Of a stretch of DNA of 50,853 bases, positions 29,303-38,232 are shown piece after piece (the stretch's first letter is position 1; each line of letters begins with the position of its first letter). The stretch is from NCBI GenBank assembly GCA_035652475.1, contig DASRDR010000130.1, positions 1-50,853 of the forward strand, given 5' to 3'. The notes beneath the pieces were generated by a model, which saw only the letters and a program-made list of their open reading frames with translations, made no database searches and was not told the DNA's origin. The position numbers and the translations under genes are program-made. The stretch is from Candidatus Methylomirabilota bacterium. Lineage in GTDB: Bacteria; Methylomirabilota; Methylomirabilia; Rokubacteriales; DASRDR01.

Positions 29303-30046
29303 GTGAGCGACGCCTCGGGCCGCGCGCTCGCCGGGCGGGTCTCGGACGAGGCGATGGCGGTGTTCAGCCGGCTCGCCGACGCGGTGGGCCACGAGCTCCG
29401 GAACCCGCTCGGGGTCATCACGAACTCGGTCTACTACCTCCGCATGGTGCTCCCGGAGGACGAGCGCTACCGGAAGCACCTCGACATCCTGCAGCGGGAG
29501 GTCTCCACCGCGGCGCGGATCGTCGCCGAGCTGGTGGAGGTGGCGCGGGTGGCGCCGCCCAGCCCCGCGCCGACCGACCTCAACGCGCTGGTGCGGCGGG
29601 TGGTGGACCGCGTGGCGCGACCGCCCGCCGTCCAGCTCGGGGTCGAGCTGGAGCCTGCCGGACCCGTGCTCCGGGTCGATCCCGACCAGGTCGAGCTCGC
29701 CCTCGGCCACCTCGTCGCCAACGCGCTCGAGGCGATGCCGGCCGGCGGCACCCTGACCGTCCGCACCGCCCGCGGGCCGCGCGGCGACACGGTGTCGGTG
29801 GCCGACACCGGCGTCGGGATCCCGCCCGAGCACCTGGACCGGATCTTCGAGCCGCTCTTCACCACCAAGCCACGCTGCCTCGGGCTCGGGCTCACGGTGG
29901 CCCGGGCCCTGGCGGAGGCCAACGGGGCGCGGGTCCAGGTGGAGAGCGCGCCCGGCCGCGGCAGCCGCTTCGACCTGTGCTTCCCCCGGCCGGAGGCGCG
30001 CGAGCGCGGGCGGCCGGGCGCGGACGCGGCGCCCGGCGAGGCCTGA
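29303..30046 (+). CDS. Soluble sensor-less histidine kinase (HisKA + HATPase_c only)
   Basis: H-box AVGHELRNPLGVI, N-box HLVANALEAM, G1 VADTGVGIP, F/G2 FEPLFTTK...GLGLTVAR. No TM segment or input domain. Confidence 0.85.
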   Translation: MSDASGRALAGRVSDEAMAVFSRLADAVGHELRNPLGVITNSVYYLRMVLPEDERYRKHLDILQREVSTAARIVAELVEVARVAPPSPAPTDLNALVRRVVDRVARPPAVQLGVELEPAGPVLRVDPDQVELALGHLVANALEAMPAGGTLTVRTARGPRGDTVSVADTGVGIPPEHLDRIFEPLFTTKPRCLGLGLTVARALAEANGARVQVESAPGRGSRFDLCFPRPEARERGRPGADAAPGEA

Positions 30047-30058
30047 CGGGCGACCGGC

Positions 30059-31975
30059 ATGATCCAGCCGCGCGTGCTCGTCATCGACGACGACCCCGGC
30101 ACCTGCGAGACGATCGGGGACGTCCTCCAGGCCCGCGGCATCGACGTGCAGACGACCACCCGCGGGAAGACCGCGCTGGAGCGCCTCGCGAGCGTGCCGG
30201 TCGACGTGGCGATCGTCGACATCCGGCTCCCCGACCTCCCCGGCCTCGAGCTGCTGGACGCCGCCCGGATGATCCGGCCCGACCTCGAGGCGATCGTGAT
30301 CACCGGCTACGCGTCGGTGGCCACGGCGGTCCAGGCGATCAACACCGCGGCGTTCGCCTACTTCGTGAAGCCGTTCGACATGAACCAGCTCCTGGTCACG
30401 CTCGACAAGGCGCTCGAGAAGCAGCGCCTGGCCCGGGCGCTCCGGGAGTCGGAGGAGCGTTACCGGCTCCTCATCGACAGCATCGGCGATGCCGTGTTCC
30501 TGCTCGACCTGGAGGGGCGGGTCGTGTTCGCGAACCGCCGGGCCGTCGACCTGAGCGGCTACCCGGAGGCGGACCTCCTGGGCCGCCCCCTGCTGGCGCT
30601 GCTGGCGCCCGAGGGCGCCCGGGCGGTCGAGGCGCCGCTGGCCGCCGCGAACATCGGGACGGGCGTGCTCCCGGTCCACGACGTCCGGCTGCTCCGGCAG
30701 GACGGCCGGAGCCTGTGGGTGGACGTGACGGTCAGCGGGGTCGTGAAGGGCGGCCGGCTGGTCGGGCGGCTCGGGGTCATGCACGACGTCACCGAGAAGA
30801 AGCGGCTGGAGGACCAGCTCCGGCACAGCCAGAAGCTCGAGGCCGTCGGGCGGCTGGCCGGCGGGGTCGCCCACGACTTCAACAACCTGCTCGCGGTGAT
30901 CATGGGCTACAGCGACCTCATCCGGGTCAACGCCCGGAAGAGCGACCGCCTGGCCCGCGACATCGAGGAGATCCGCCGGGCCAGCGAGCGCGGCGCCAGC
31001 CTGACCCAGCAGCTGCTGGCATTCAGCCGCGGGCAGCTGCTGCAGCCCCAGGTGGTCGAGGTCAACGCGCTGGTGGGCGCGATGGCCGACATGCTCCGCC
31101 GGGTCATCGGCGAGGACATCGAGCTCGAGCTCCAGCTCGATCCGGAAGCCGGCTGCGTGACCGGCGATCCCGGCCAGCTGGAGCAGGTCGTCCTGAACCT
31201 CGTCCTGAACGCGCGGGACGCGATGGCCCGTGGAGGCCGCCTGACGCTCGAGACGGCGCGCGTCGACCTGGACGTCCGCCACGTCGAGCACCACGCCGGA
31301 GCAGGCCTGGGCCCCCACGTGCGGCTCACCGTCCGCGACACCGGCTGCGGCATGCCGCCCGAGGTGATGGCCCACCTCTTCGAGCCGTTTTTCACGACGA
31401 AGGAGCCGGGCCGCGGCACCGGGCTCGGCCTCTCGACCGTCTACGGGATCGTCAAGCAGCACGGCGGGCACGTCGAGGTCGACAGCCAGCCGGGCCAGGG
31501 CAGCACGTTCCGGGTCCACCTGCCCCGGGTCGACGCCGAGCCCGAGCCGCAGCGGCCGGCCGCGACCGGCAAGGCGCGGCCGCGCGGCACCGAGACCGTG
31601 CTGGTCGTCGAGGACGAGGAGGCGCTCCGGGACCTGATCGGACGGATCCTCGGCCACAGCGGCTACACGATCCTGCCCGCCGGCGACGGCGAGGAGGCGC
31701 TGGCGCTGGCTGGCAAGCACCCGGAGCCGATCCACCTGCTGGTGACCGACCTGGTCATGCCGCGGATGGGCGGGTTCGAGCTCGCCGCCCGGGTGCGCGG
31801 CGCGCATCCGGAGACCCGGGTGCTCTACCTGTCGGGGTACAGCACCGAGACCCTGGAGGAGCGGGCCGACGTGGGCGCCGACGCCGTGCTCCTCCAGAAG
31901 CCGTTCACGCCGGACGCGCTGCTGCGGACGGTGCGCGAGGTGCTGGACCGGCCGGACGCCCGGCCCGCCCGGTAG
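30059..31975 (+). CDS. Hybrid sensor kinase: REC - PAS - HisKA - HATPase_c - REC
   Basis: N-terminal REC (VLVIDDD...[13 protein letters not shown]...VKPF), PAS ([21 protein letters not shown]), H-box [11 protein letters not shown], HATPase ([24 protein letters not shown]), C-terminal REC (VLVVEDEE...[13 protein letters not shown]...QKPF). Confidence 0.9.
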   Translation: MIQPRVLVIDDDPGTCETIGDVLQARGIDVQTTTRGKTALERLASVPVDVAIVDIRLPDLPGLELLDAARMIRPDLEAIVITGYASVATAVQAINTAAFAYFVKPFDMNQLLVTLDKALEKQRLARALRESEERYRLLIDSIGDAVFLLDLEGRVVFANRRAVDLSGYPEADLLGRPLLALLAPEGARAVEAPLAAANIGTGVLPVHDVRLLRQDGRSLWVDVTVSGVVKGGRLVGRLGVMHDVTEKKRLEDQLRHSQKLEAVGRLAGGVAHDFNNLLAVIMGYSDLIRVNARKSDRLARDIEEIRRASERGASLTQQLLAFSRGQLLQPQVVEVNALVGAMADMLRRVIGEDIELELQLDPEAGCVTGDPGQLEQVVLNLVLNARDAMARGGRLTLETARVDLDVRHVEHHAGAGLGPHVRLTVRDTGCGMPPEVMAHLFEPFFTTKEPGRGTGLGLSTVYGIVKQHGGHVEVDSQPGQGSTFRVHLPRVDAEPEPQRPAATGKARPRGTETVLVVEDEEALRDLIGRILGHSGYTILPAGDGEEALALAGKHPEPIHLLVTDLVMPRMGGFELAARVRGAHPETRVLYLSGYSTETLEERADVGADAVLLQKPFTPDALLRTVREVLDRPDARPAR

Positions 31976-32240
31976 CCGGCGCGCGCCCGCGCTGGCCCAA
32001 CTTCCGCAGTTCGGGGACCCCCCAGCCGCCCGCGCGCGGCGCCGGGCCCGCGAGCCTGCGCGAGACGTCGACCGCTTCACCCGCGCGGCGTTTGGCGCCT
32101 GCCCGCGCACCTGCGTCAGCCCGCTCGCCGGCATCCGTGGCGGCAGACCTTTTCGGCGCGCCACGAACGGGCACCAGTCTCCGGGCCGGCGCCCGTGGGC
32201 GTGGTCCAGGAACGGGATGCGGTGGGCTATCGTCGGACGC

Positions 32241-32400
32241 GTGGCAACGCGTGGCGCCCCGCTGAAGCCCAGGCTCAAGGTGTGGATCCTCTTCGACGAC
32301 CGGGTCGAGTTCGGGGACGGGCGGGCGCACGTCCTCGAGCGGATCGAGGCGCGTGCACGTGGTCCGGCCGGACGTGCCCCTGTGGGCCGCCCGCCGGGTA
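32241..32400 (+). pseudogene. Remnant of a small ModE-N-terminal-like wHTH regulator gene (frame collapses after about 37 codons)
   Basis: LKPRLKVWILFDDRVEFGDGRAHVLERIEA has 100 % third-position GC and resembles the N-terminus of short ModE/LysR-like wHTH proteins. After about 32351, third-position GC drops in this frame and rises briefly in the +1 frame (VHVVRPDVPLWAARR). No full-length ORF. Confidence 0.3.
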
Positions 32401-32600
32401 GTGACGCACCGCGCCCCTGTACCGCAAGCCTCCTGAAGGCTTCCCGAAGGTGACGGCTCCCACCCTCCCCGAATGGGACGGTGACAGGTCTCGGCGGAGG
32501 CCTGGAGAGGCGTGGCCGCCCGGGGGCGTCACCGGCATGTCGTCGGCCGCGGCGGCCGACGACGGTCGAGCGAAGCGCGGTCGGTGGGAATGGCGCGGAA

Positions 32601-33767
32601 TTAGGCGACGGTCGAGCCGACTCCGGCTCGCCGCCCGGGCCGCTGGGGACGCCCGCCGGCGCTGGACACCGTGAGGACGTGGAGGACGTCCTTCAGGCTC
32701 AGATACCCGACGAGCCGATCGCCGTCGAGGACGGCCAGGCGGCCGAGTCCGTTCCTGGAGAGCTTCTCGAGTGCCGCGGTGAGGCGATCGCCCGGGGCCG
32801 CCGCCAGCGCCTCCTCGAGCGGGCGCATGACCTCACGCACCGGCGTCGTGGCCCAGCGATCTCGGGCCACGTCCCCGAGTTGGTGGACGGTGAGGATGCC
32901 CAGGACGCGGCCGCCGTCCAGCACCGGGAAACTCGTGACGTGGTGACGCCAGAAGTAGTCGTCGACGGCCGCCGCGAGCGGCAGGTCTGGCCGGAGGTGG
33001 ATCACGTCCGTCGTCATCACATCGCGAACGGCGAGGGGTCCCAGGGTCCGCCGAAGGACGACCTGCTGGTAGCTGCCTTCGGCGGCCTGCCGGAGGAACA
33101 GGCCGATCAGGACGAGCCACAGGCCTCCGAGGAACTCGCCGGTGAGCCCTCGCAGGATGCCGAGCCCCATCAGGACCACGCCGACGGCCGAGCCCGCGCG
33201 GCTCGCCACGCGCGTCGCCCACTGGAGGTTGCCCTTCGCGCGCCAGAGCGCGGCGCGCAGGAGGCGGCCCCCGTCGAGGGGAAAGCCGGGGACCAGGTTG
33301 AACGCGCCGACCACGAGGTTCACGGTCCCCAGGTAGCGTAGGATCGCCGCCAGTGTCGGTCGCGCGCCGGCGAGCCCGGCGGCGGCCAGCGCGAGGCCGC
33401 CGAGGGCGAAGCTCGTGAGCGGGCCCGCGATCGCCACGCGAAACTCGACGCCCGGGCTGTCCGGCTCGCGCTCGAGCTGCGAGACGCCGCCGAAGATGTG
33501 GAGCGTGATGGCGGAGACGGGCAGGCCGTGGCCCCGAGCCACCACGGAGTGGGAGAGCTCGTGCAAGAGGACGGAGACGAAGAGCAGAAGGGCGGCCACG
33601 AGCCCGCTGATCCAATAGGTGCGCGCGGCCACGTCGGCCAGCACGTGGGGGAAGTAGCCTACGGACAGGCTCCACGCCAGGAGTCCGTAGACGACGAGCC
33701 AGCTCGCGTGGACCCGGACCGGGATCCCGGCGACTCGGAAGAGCGTGACGGCGTTATCCATCATCAT
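32601..33767 (-). CDS. Site-2 protease (M50 family) with tandem C-terminal CBS domains
   Basis: ATGATGATG start after GGGAGGA. HELSHSVVA (HExxH), NLVPGFPLDGGR, then two CBS repeats (VRDVMTTDVIHL..., VREVMRPLEE...LAVLDGDRLVGYLSLKDV). Confidence 0.9.
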   Translation of the reverse strand: MMMDNAVTLFRVAGIPVRVHASWLVVYGLLAWSLSVGYFPHVLADVAARTYWISGLVAALLLFVSVLLHELSHSVVARGHGLPVSAITLHIFGGVSQLEREPDSPGVEFRVAIAGPLTSFALGGLALAAAGLAGARPTLAAILRYLGTVNLVVGAFNLVPGFPLDGGRLLRAALWRAKGNLQWATRVASRAGSAVGVVLMGLGILRGLTGEFLGGLWLVLIGLFLRQAAEGSYQQVVLRRTLGPLAVRDVMTTDVIHLRPDLPLAAAVDDYFWRHHVTSFPVLDGGRVLGILTVHQLGDVARDRWATTPVREVMRPLEEALAAAPGDRLTAALEKLSRNGLGRLAVLDGDRLVGYLSLKDVLHVLTVSSAGGRPQRPGRRAGVGSTVA

Positions 33768-34190
33768 CGATCCTCCCTTTCCAGGAGGAAGGCGGCCGAG
33801 ATCGGCACGACAGGCTCCGTCACGAGGATACCCCTGCGCGCCGAGCGCGGCATTGGCTGGCTCCACTACCGCCCGCAGACACCCCAATCCGGCGTGGCGT
33901 CCCTCCGCGGAACGGACCGGACGCGTGGCCATGAGCGTGAGGCCCTCCTCCCCACCCTGGCGTCGGTCGCGGGACCGGCCACCCCACCGGTGGGGTTTCG
34001 CGCGGGAGGATGTCGCTCGTGCACAGGCGCTGGTACGCGATCTGGTCGGAGCGAGGGGCCAGCGCCCGTCGCCGTCGCCGACGGCCCGGACCGCACAGTG
34101 TAGTCCCGACGGCGAGGTGGCGGGGCCCATCTCCAACAAGCCGGGACGGGTCCTCCGATACTCTCTTGCCCCCCCCGGGGGGGATGTAAC

Positions 34191-34220
34191 TTGTCATGTC
34201 GGGCCCCTTCCCCGTCGAAT
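34191..34220 (+). promoter_or_regulatory. Promoter-like TTGTCA-N18-TCGAAT in the long non-coding region upstream of the KaiC-like operon
   Basis: TTGTCA at 34191-34196, TCGAAT at 34215-34220. It would give a leader of about 260 nt. A C8G7 palindrome (34169-34183) lies just upstream. Confidence 0.25.
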
Positions 34221-34483
34221 CGATCCGGGGCGAGAGAGCGACATGGACGACGATTCCCGTCCTTGGACGGGCGGGCACGGGCCACCCCGGTGACCTCGAC
34301 CGGCTGCTCTACCAGCGGATGGGAGCGGCTGGGGCCGATCGACACTGGCCAAGCCCGTGGAGTTCGAGCGGTCGTGCACGGATAGTGGACGAGGATCCTC
34401 GGACGCAGGGGGGCCGACGGAGCACTCAGCGAGCGTTAGCCGGTTGCGGCGGCGATTCGCTCCCGGGTGAGAGGCGGAGGGAG

Positions 34484-34882
34484 ATGGACGGCGCAGAGGG
34501 CCTCCTCGAGGCGGCGGGCATGCGCCACCCCTGTGACCTCGACCTGCTGCTCTTCTTCGACGCGCACCCGCATGGGCTCCTGACCGCCGAGAAGCTCGCG
34601 GCGCTGGTTGGCTATGACGCCCAGCAGGTGGGGCGGTCCCTCGAGTGGCTCGTGACCAAGGGCCTGCTGAGCCGGTCGCTCAATCCCAACCACCCGCACG
34701 TGGCGCGGATGTATCGCCTCAGACCGGAGGCGGGCGAGGACTGGCTCGCCCCGCTCCTGCGGCTCGGATCCACCCGAGCGGGCCGGCTCATGCTGATACG
34801 CCGGGTGCGCGAGCGGGCGGAGGAGCGGAATGGGCAGGCGCTGGGCGTCGAGCCCGCTCCGCCGGCGCAAGGAGGCCGATGA
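34484..34882 (+). CDS. Small winged-helix (MarR-like) protein, first gene of the KaiC-like operon
   Basis: ATG after GGAGGGAG. CDLDLLLFFDAHPHGLLTAEKLAALVGYDAQQVGRSLEWLVTKGLLSRS fits a wHTH recognition-helix/wing pattern. Third-position GC becomes high only from this ATG. The stop overlaps the KaiC start (ATGA). Confidence 0.6.
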   Translation: MDGAEGLLEAAGMRHPCDLDLLLFFDAHPHGLLTAEKLAALVGYDAQQVGRSLEWLVTKGLLSRSLNPNHPHVARMYRLRPEAGEDWLAPLLRLGSTRAGRLMLIRRVRERAEERNGQALGVEPAPPAQGGR

Positions 34883-36417
34883 TGCCTGAACGGGACCTCG
34901 TCCAGACTGGGATCAGAGGGTTCGACGATATCCTGGCGGGCGGCGTGCCGCGCGGCCACATCGTCCTCGTGGAGGGGACCTCCGGCACCGGGAAGACGAC
35001 GCTCGGCCTCGAGTTCGTCTATCGCGGGGCGAGCCAGTTCGACGAGCCCGGGATCGTCGTGGTCTTCGAGGTGTCCCCGGACAAGCTGGTCCGGGATGCC
35101 GCGTTGTTGGGCTGGGAGCTCCGCGAGCTCGAGCGTTATGGTCGGCTCAAGATCATCTTCACCACCCGGCAGGTCTTCCTGCAGGAGATCCAGCAGGCGG
35201 ACAGCCTGCTCCTCGCGGAGGCAGCGACGATCGGCGCGCGCCGCATCTTCGTCGACGGTCTCGTCCGGCGGACCGCCGACGCGAACGGGGGAACCGCCAC
35301 CCCGGAGGAGTTCCACCTCCTCGCCGAGGGGCTGAACCGCGAGCGCCTCACCGCCATGCTCGGCGTGGAAGTCGGCGACCTGGGGGAGGCGCGGCCCGCC
35401 CCTCCGGCGCCGGAAGAGTTCATCGCCGACACCATCATCCGGCTCCGGCTCGAGCCGATGGAGCGGGCGGTGCTCCGGTCGATCGAGGTTGTCAAGGCGC
35501 GTGGCCAGGACTATCGCCTGGGCCGCCATTCCTTCCGGATCGTCGATGGCCAGGGGACCGAGGTCTACCGGCGGGTCCAGGCGCCCCGGGAGGTACCCCG
35601 TGAAGAAGCGGCGGCGTTCGACCCCACGACGCGGGTCTCGACGGGCATCCCGGGCCTCGACGAGCTGACGAACGGGGGATTCTTCCCCGGCAGCACCACG
35701 ATGGTGGTCGGAATCACCGGCTCCGGCAAGAGCGTCATGGCCCTCCAGTACATCGCCGAGGGCGATCGGCGCGGGGAGCGGAGCCTGATGGTCACGCTGG
35801 ACGAACCGCGGGCTCAGGTCCTCCGGAACGCCGCCGGCATCGGCATCGACCTCCAGCATGCGATCGACCGGGGGTTCGTCCGGCTCGTCTACGACCGACC
35901 CCAGGAGATGGAGATCGACCGCCACTTCCTTCAGCTCGAGGAGACCGTCCGGGAGTTCCGGCCGCGGCGCGCCGTGATCGACAGCCTGTCGACCTACGGC
36001 TCGAGCCTGGGCCCGGCGGGCCGCAGCTTTCGCGACTTCTTCCACGCCGTCATCGCCCTCATGAAGGAGTACCAGGTCACGGCGATCTACAACCACGAGA
36101 ACCCGGAGCTGCTCGGGATGTCCTCGATCATGGGCCCCTTCGGCGTCAGCTCGCTGGTCGACAACGTGATCCTCCTCAATTTCGTGGAGCTGGGGGACAC
36201 GTTCCGGCACGCGCTCACGGTGGCGAAGATGCGGGCCAATCCGACCGACCGGACCACGCGGGAGTGCGAGATCGTGCCCGGCGTCGGGATGCGCCTCCTC
36301 CCAGGAGCGATCCGGTCCGGGGCCGTCCGCCGGCTGCCCTTCGCCGAGTACCAGAGCCTCGTGGCGCGCTCGCCGGAGCGTCACGCGGCGTCCGGCGAGC
36401 CGGCGCCGCCGGAGTGA
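34879..36417 (+). CDS. kaiC: KaiC-family double-domain RecA-like ATPase
   Basis: Two KaiC domains: GIRGFDDILAGGVPRGHIVLVEGTSGTGKTTLGLEF and GIPGLDELTNGGFFPGSTTMVVGITGSGKSVMALQY. ...VIDSLS..., VKARG/AKMRA. SD AAGGAGG. Confidence 0.9.
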   Translation: MMPERDLVQTGIRGFDDILAGGVPRGHIVLVEGTSGTGKTTLGLEFVYRGASQFDEPGIVVVFEVSPDKLVRDAALLGWELRELERYGRLKIIFTTRQVFLQEIQQADSLLLAEAATIGARRIFVDGLVRRTADANGGTATPEEFHLLAEGLNRERLTAMLGVEVGDLGEARPAPPAPEEFIADTIIRLRLEPMERAVLRSIEVVKARGQDYRLGRHSFRIVDGQGTEVYRRVQAPREVPREEAAAFDPTTRVSTGIPGLDELTNGGFFPGSTTMVVGITGSGKSVMALQYIAEGDRRGERSLMVTLDEPRAQVLRNAAGIGIDLQHAIDRGFVRLVYDRPQEMEIDRHFLQLEETVREFRPRRAVIDSLSTYGSSLGPAGRSFRDFFHAVIALMKEYQVTAIYNHENPELLGMSSIMGPFGVSSLVDNVILLNFVELGDTFRHALTVAKMRANPTDRTTRECEIVPGVGMRLLPGAIRSGAVRRLPFAEYQSLVARSPERHAASGEPAPPE

Positions 36418-38132
36418 GTCGGCCGACCGGGATGCCCGCCGTCGACGCAGCCGCGTTCGCCTCCGACCGGGCCCGGGCAGCCCTCGGGCGGTACGCCGCG
36501 GTGTCGCACCTGACGGTTCAGGTCCACGGCGTCGGTGAGGAGCTCCTCGCGGGCCCCCTGGATCCGAGCCCCCTGGATCCGAGCCCCCTGTTCGAGCTGT
36601 TCGCGCCGGGGCGGCATGATCCCGGCCTGTTCGCGAACTGCCTCCGGCGGTGCCTGACGGCCACCGAGGGGCCCTCCGCCGTCGTCGTCGAGGACCACCA
36701 TGGCCTGGCGCTGGTGGGGACGGCACTCCGGCTGGCGGGCGAAATCGTCGCCGTGGCGGTGGCCGGCTACGTCCTGACGAAGCACCTGGACCAGCGCGAG
36801 ATCGAGCGCCTGGCCCGCGACGGCGGGCTCTCGTTCGAGACCGTGTGGAGGGCGGTCCGTCGGGAGCTTCCGGTGTCCCGGGCGCGGCTGGTCGTGTCCG
36901 GCGAGCTCTTGGGCGTCCTGGGCGAGACGCTCCTGAGCGAGCACTACCGCACCCGGCTCCTCGAGGACAGCGCCGTCCGGCTCGCCGAAGCGGACGAGGC
37001 GAAGGATCGGTTCCTGGCGGTCGTCTCCCACGAGCTCCGCTCACCCCTCCACGCGATCCTGGGGTGGACGCAGGTGCTGCGGTGCGGGAAGCGGGACGAG
37101 GCGCTGATCGAGCGCGCGCTCGACACGATCGAGCGGAACGCGAGGGCCCAGGCGCACCTGATCGACGACCTGCTGGACGTCTCGCGTATCATCGCCGGGA
37201 AGCTCCGTCTCGACCCGCGTCCGATCGAGCTCCGGCCCGTCATCGAGGCTGCCCTCGACGTCGTCCGCCCGGCGGCGGAGGCCCGGCGGATTCGCCTCGT
37301 GTCGGAGCTCGACGCCCCGGTCGGGCGGGTCCTCGGTGATCCGACCCGGCTCCAGCAGGTGATGTGGAACCTCCTCGCCAACGCGGTGAAGTTCAACGTG
37401 GACGGCGGGCACGTCGTCGTCCGGCTCCGGCAGGAGGGGTCGCAGCTCGAGGTCACGGTGACCGACACGGGACAGGGGATCCACCCCGACTTTCTCCCCC
37501 GGATCTTCGACCGGCTCAGCCAGGCCGACACCACGACGGCGCGGGCCCACGGCGGGCTCGGGCTCGGCCTCGCGATCGTCCGCCACCTCGTCGCCCGCCA
37601 CGGCGGGACCGTTGGCGCCGACAGCCCGGGCGAGGGGCAGGGTGCCTCCTTCGTCGTGACGCTGCCCCTCGCGGCCGACGGCGAGGGAGGCGAAGCCGAG
37701 CGGACGGAGGCGAGCCAGGCGGTCGGATCCGGGGCGGGCCCCCAGCCGAGGCTCCAGGGCCTGCGCGTACTCGTCGTGGATGACGACGCCGATTCGCGCG
37801 AGGTGCTCGCGACGATCATCCAGCAGGCCGGCGGCAGCGTGAGCGCCGCCGAGTCAGCGGCGGTCGCCCTCGCTCGCCTCGACTCGGCGGCCCCCGACAT
37901 ACTCGTGGTGGACATCGGGATGCCGGGTGAAGACGGCTACGCCGTGATCCGGAAGATCCGGGCCCGCGGGACCCCCCTCGCGCGAATCCCGGCCGCGGCG
38001 GTGACGGCGCACACTGGGGAGGACGACCGGGCCCGGGCGCTGGCCGCCGGCTTCGACCGTCACGTCCCTAAGCCCATCGATGCGGCCGAGCTGGTCGCGG
38101 TGCTCGCGCAGCTGGCCGGCCGACCCCGGTAG
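36414..38132 (+). CDS. Hybrid histidine kinase: N-terminal PocR-like sensory domain - HisKA - HATPase_c - REC
   Basis: The GTG at 36414 overlaps the KaiC stop (GTGA); an alternative ATG is at 36432. H-box FLAVVSHELRSPLHAILG, NLLANAVKF, DTGQGI, GGLGLGLAIV, REC VLVVDDDADS...VVDIGMPGEDGY...KPI. The N-terminal 170 aa with CLRRC...HHGLALVG...GYVL resemble PocR (low confidence). Confidence 0.87.
   Translation: MSRPTGMPAVDAAAFASDRARAALGRYAAVSHLTVQVHGVGEELLAGPLDPSPLDPSPLFELFAPGRHDPGLFANCLRRCLTATEGPSAVVVEDHHGLALVGTALRLAGEIVAVAVAGYVLTKHLDQREIERLARDGGLSFETVWRAVRRELPVSRARLVVSGELLGVLGETLLSEHYRTRLLEDSAVRLAEADEAKDRFLAVVSHELRSPLHAILGWTQVLRCGKRDEALIERALDTIERNARAQAHLIDDLLDVSRIIAGKLRLDPRPIELRPVIEAALDVVRPAAEARRIRLVSELDAPVGRVLGDPTRLQQVMWNLLANAVKFNVDGGHVVVRLRQEGSQLEVTVTDTGQGIHPDFLPRIFDRLSQADTTTARAHGGLGLGLAIVRHLVARHGGTVGADSPGEGQGASFVVTLPLAADGEGGEAERTEASQAVGSGAGPQPRLQGLRVLVVDDDADSREVLATIIQQAGGSVSAAESAAVALARLDSAAPDILVVDIGMPGEDGYAVIRKIRARGTPLARIPAAAVTAHTGEDDRARALAAGFDRHVPKPIDAAELVAVLAQLAGRPR
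36554..36590 (+). repeat. 15-nt in-frame tandem repeat (2.5 copies of CCCCCTGGATCCGAG) encoding PLDPS-PLDPS-PL
   Basis: Perfect copies at 36554-36568 and 36569-36583, plus 7 nt of a third. Confidence 0.85.
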
Positions 38133-38232
38133 CGCCCGGCCTCCCGCATCCGACCTGGGACCCCGAAGGCCGGGAGCGGCCTCGAGCCTCGACGCGTGCG
38201 ACCGGCCAGGTCGACGTTGACCCCTCCGACAG

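Noticed and set aside
34196-34483. N-terminal 96-codon extension of the wHTH ORF (track ORF 34196..34882).
   Set aside because: About half of the codons end in A or T, the composition is not protein-like, and a strong SD (GGAGGGAG) precedes the internal ATG at 34484.
34484-38132. Searched around the KaiC-like gene for KaiB (thioredoxin-like, about 100 aa) or KaiA.
   Set aside because: No ORF with those features occurs on either strand within the window. The small upstream gene is wHTH-like, not KaiB-like.
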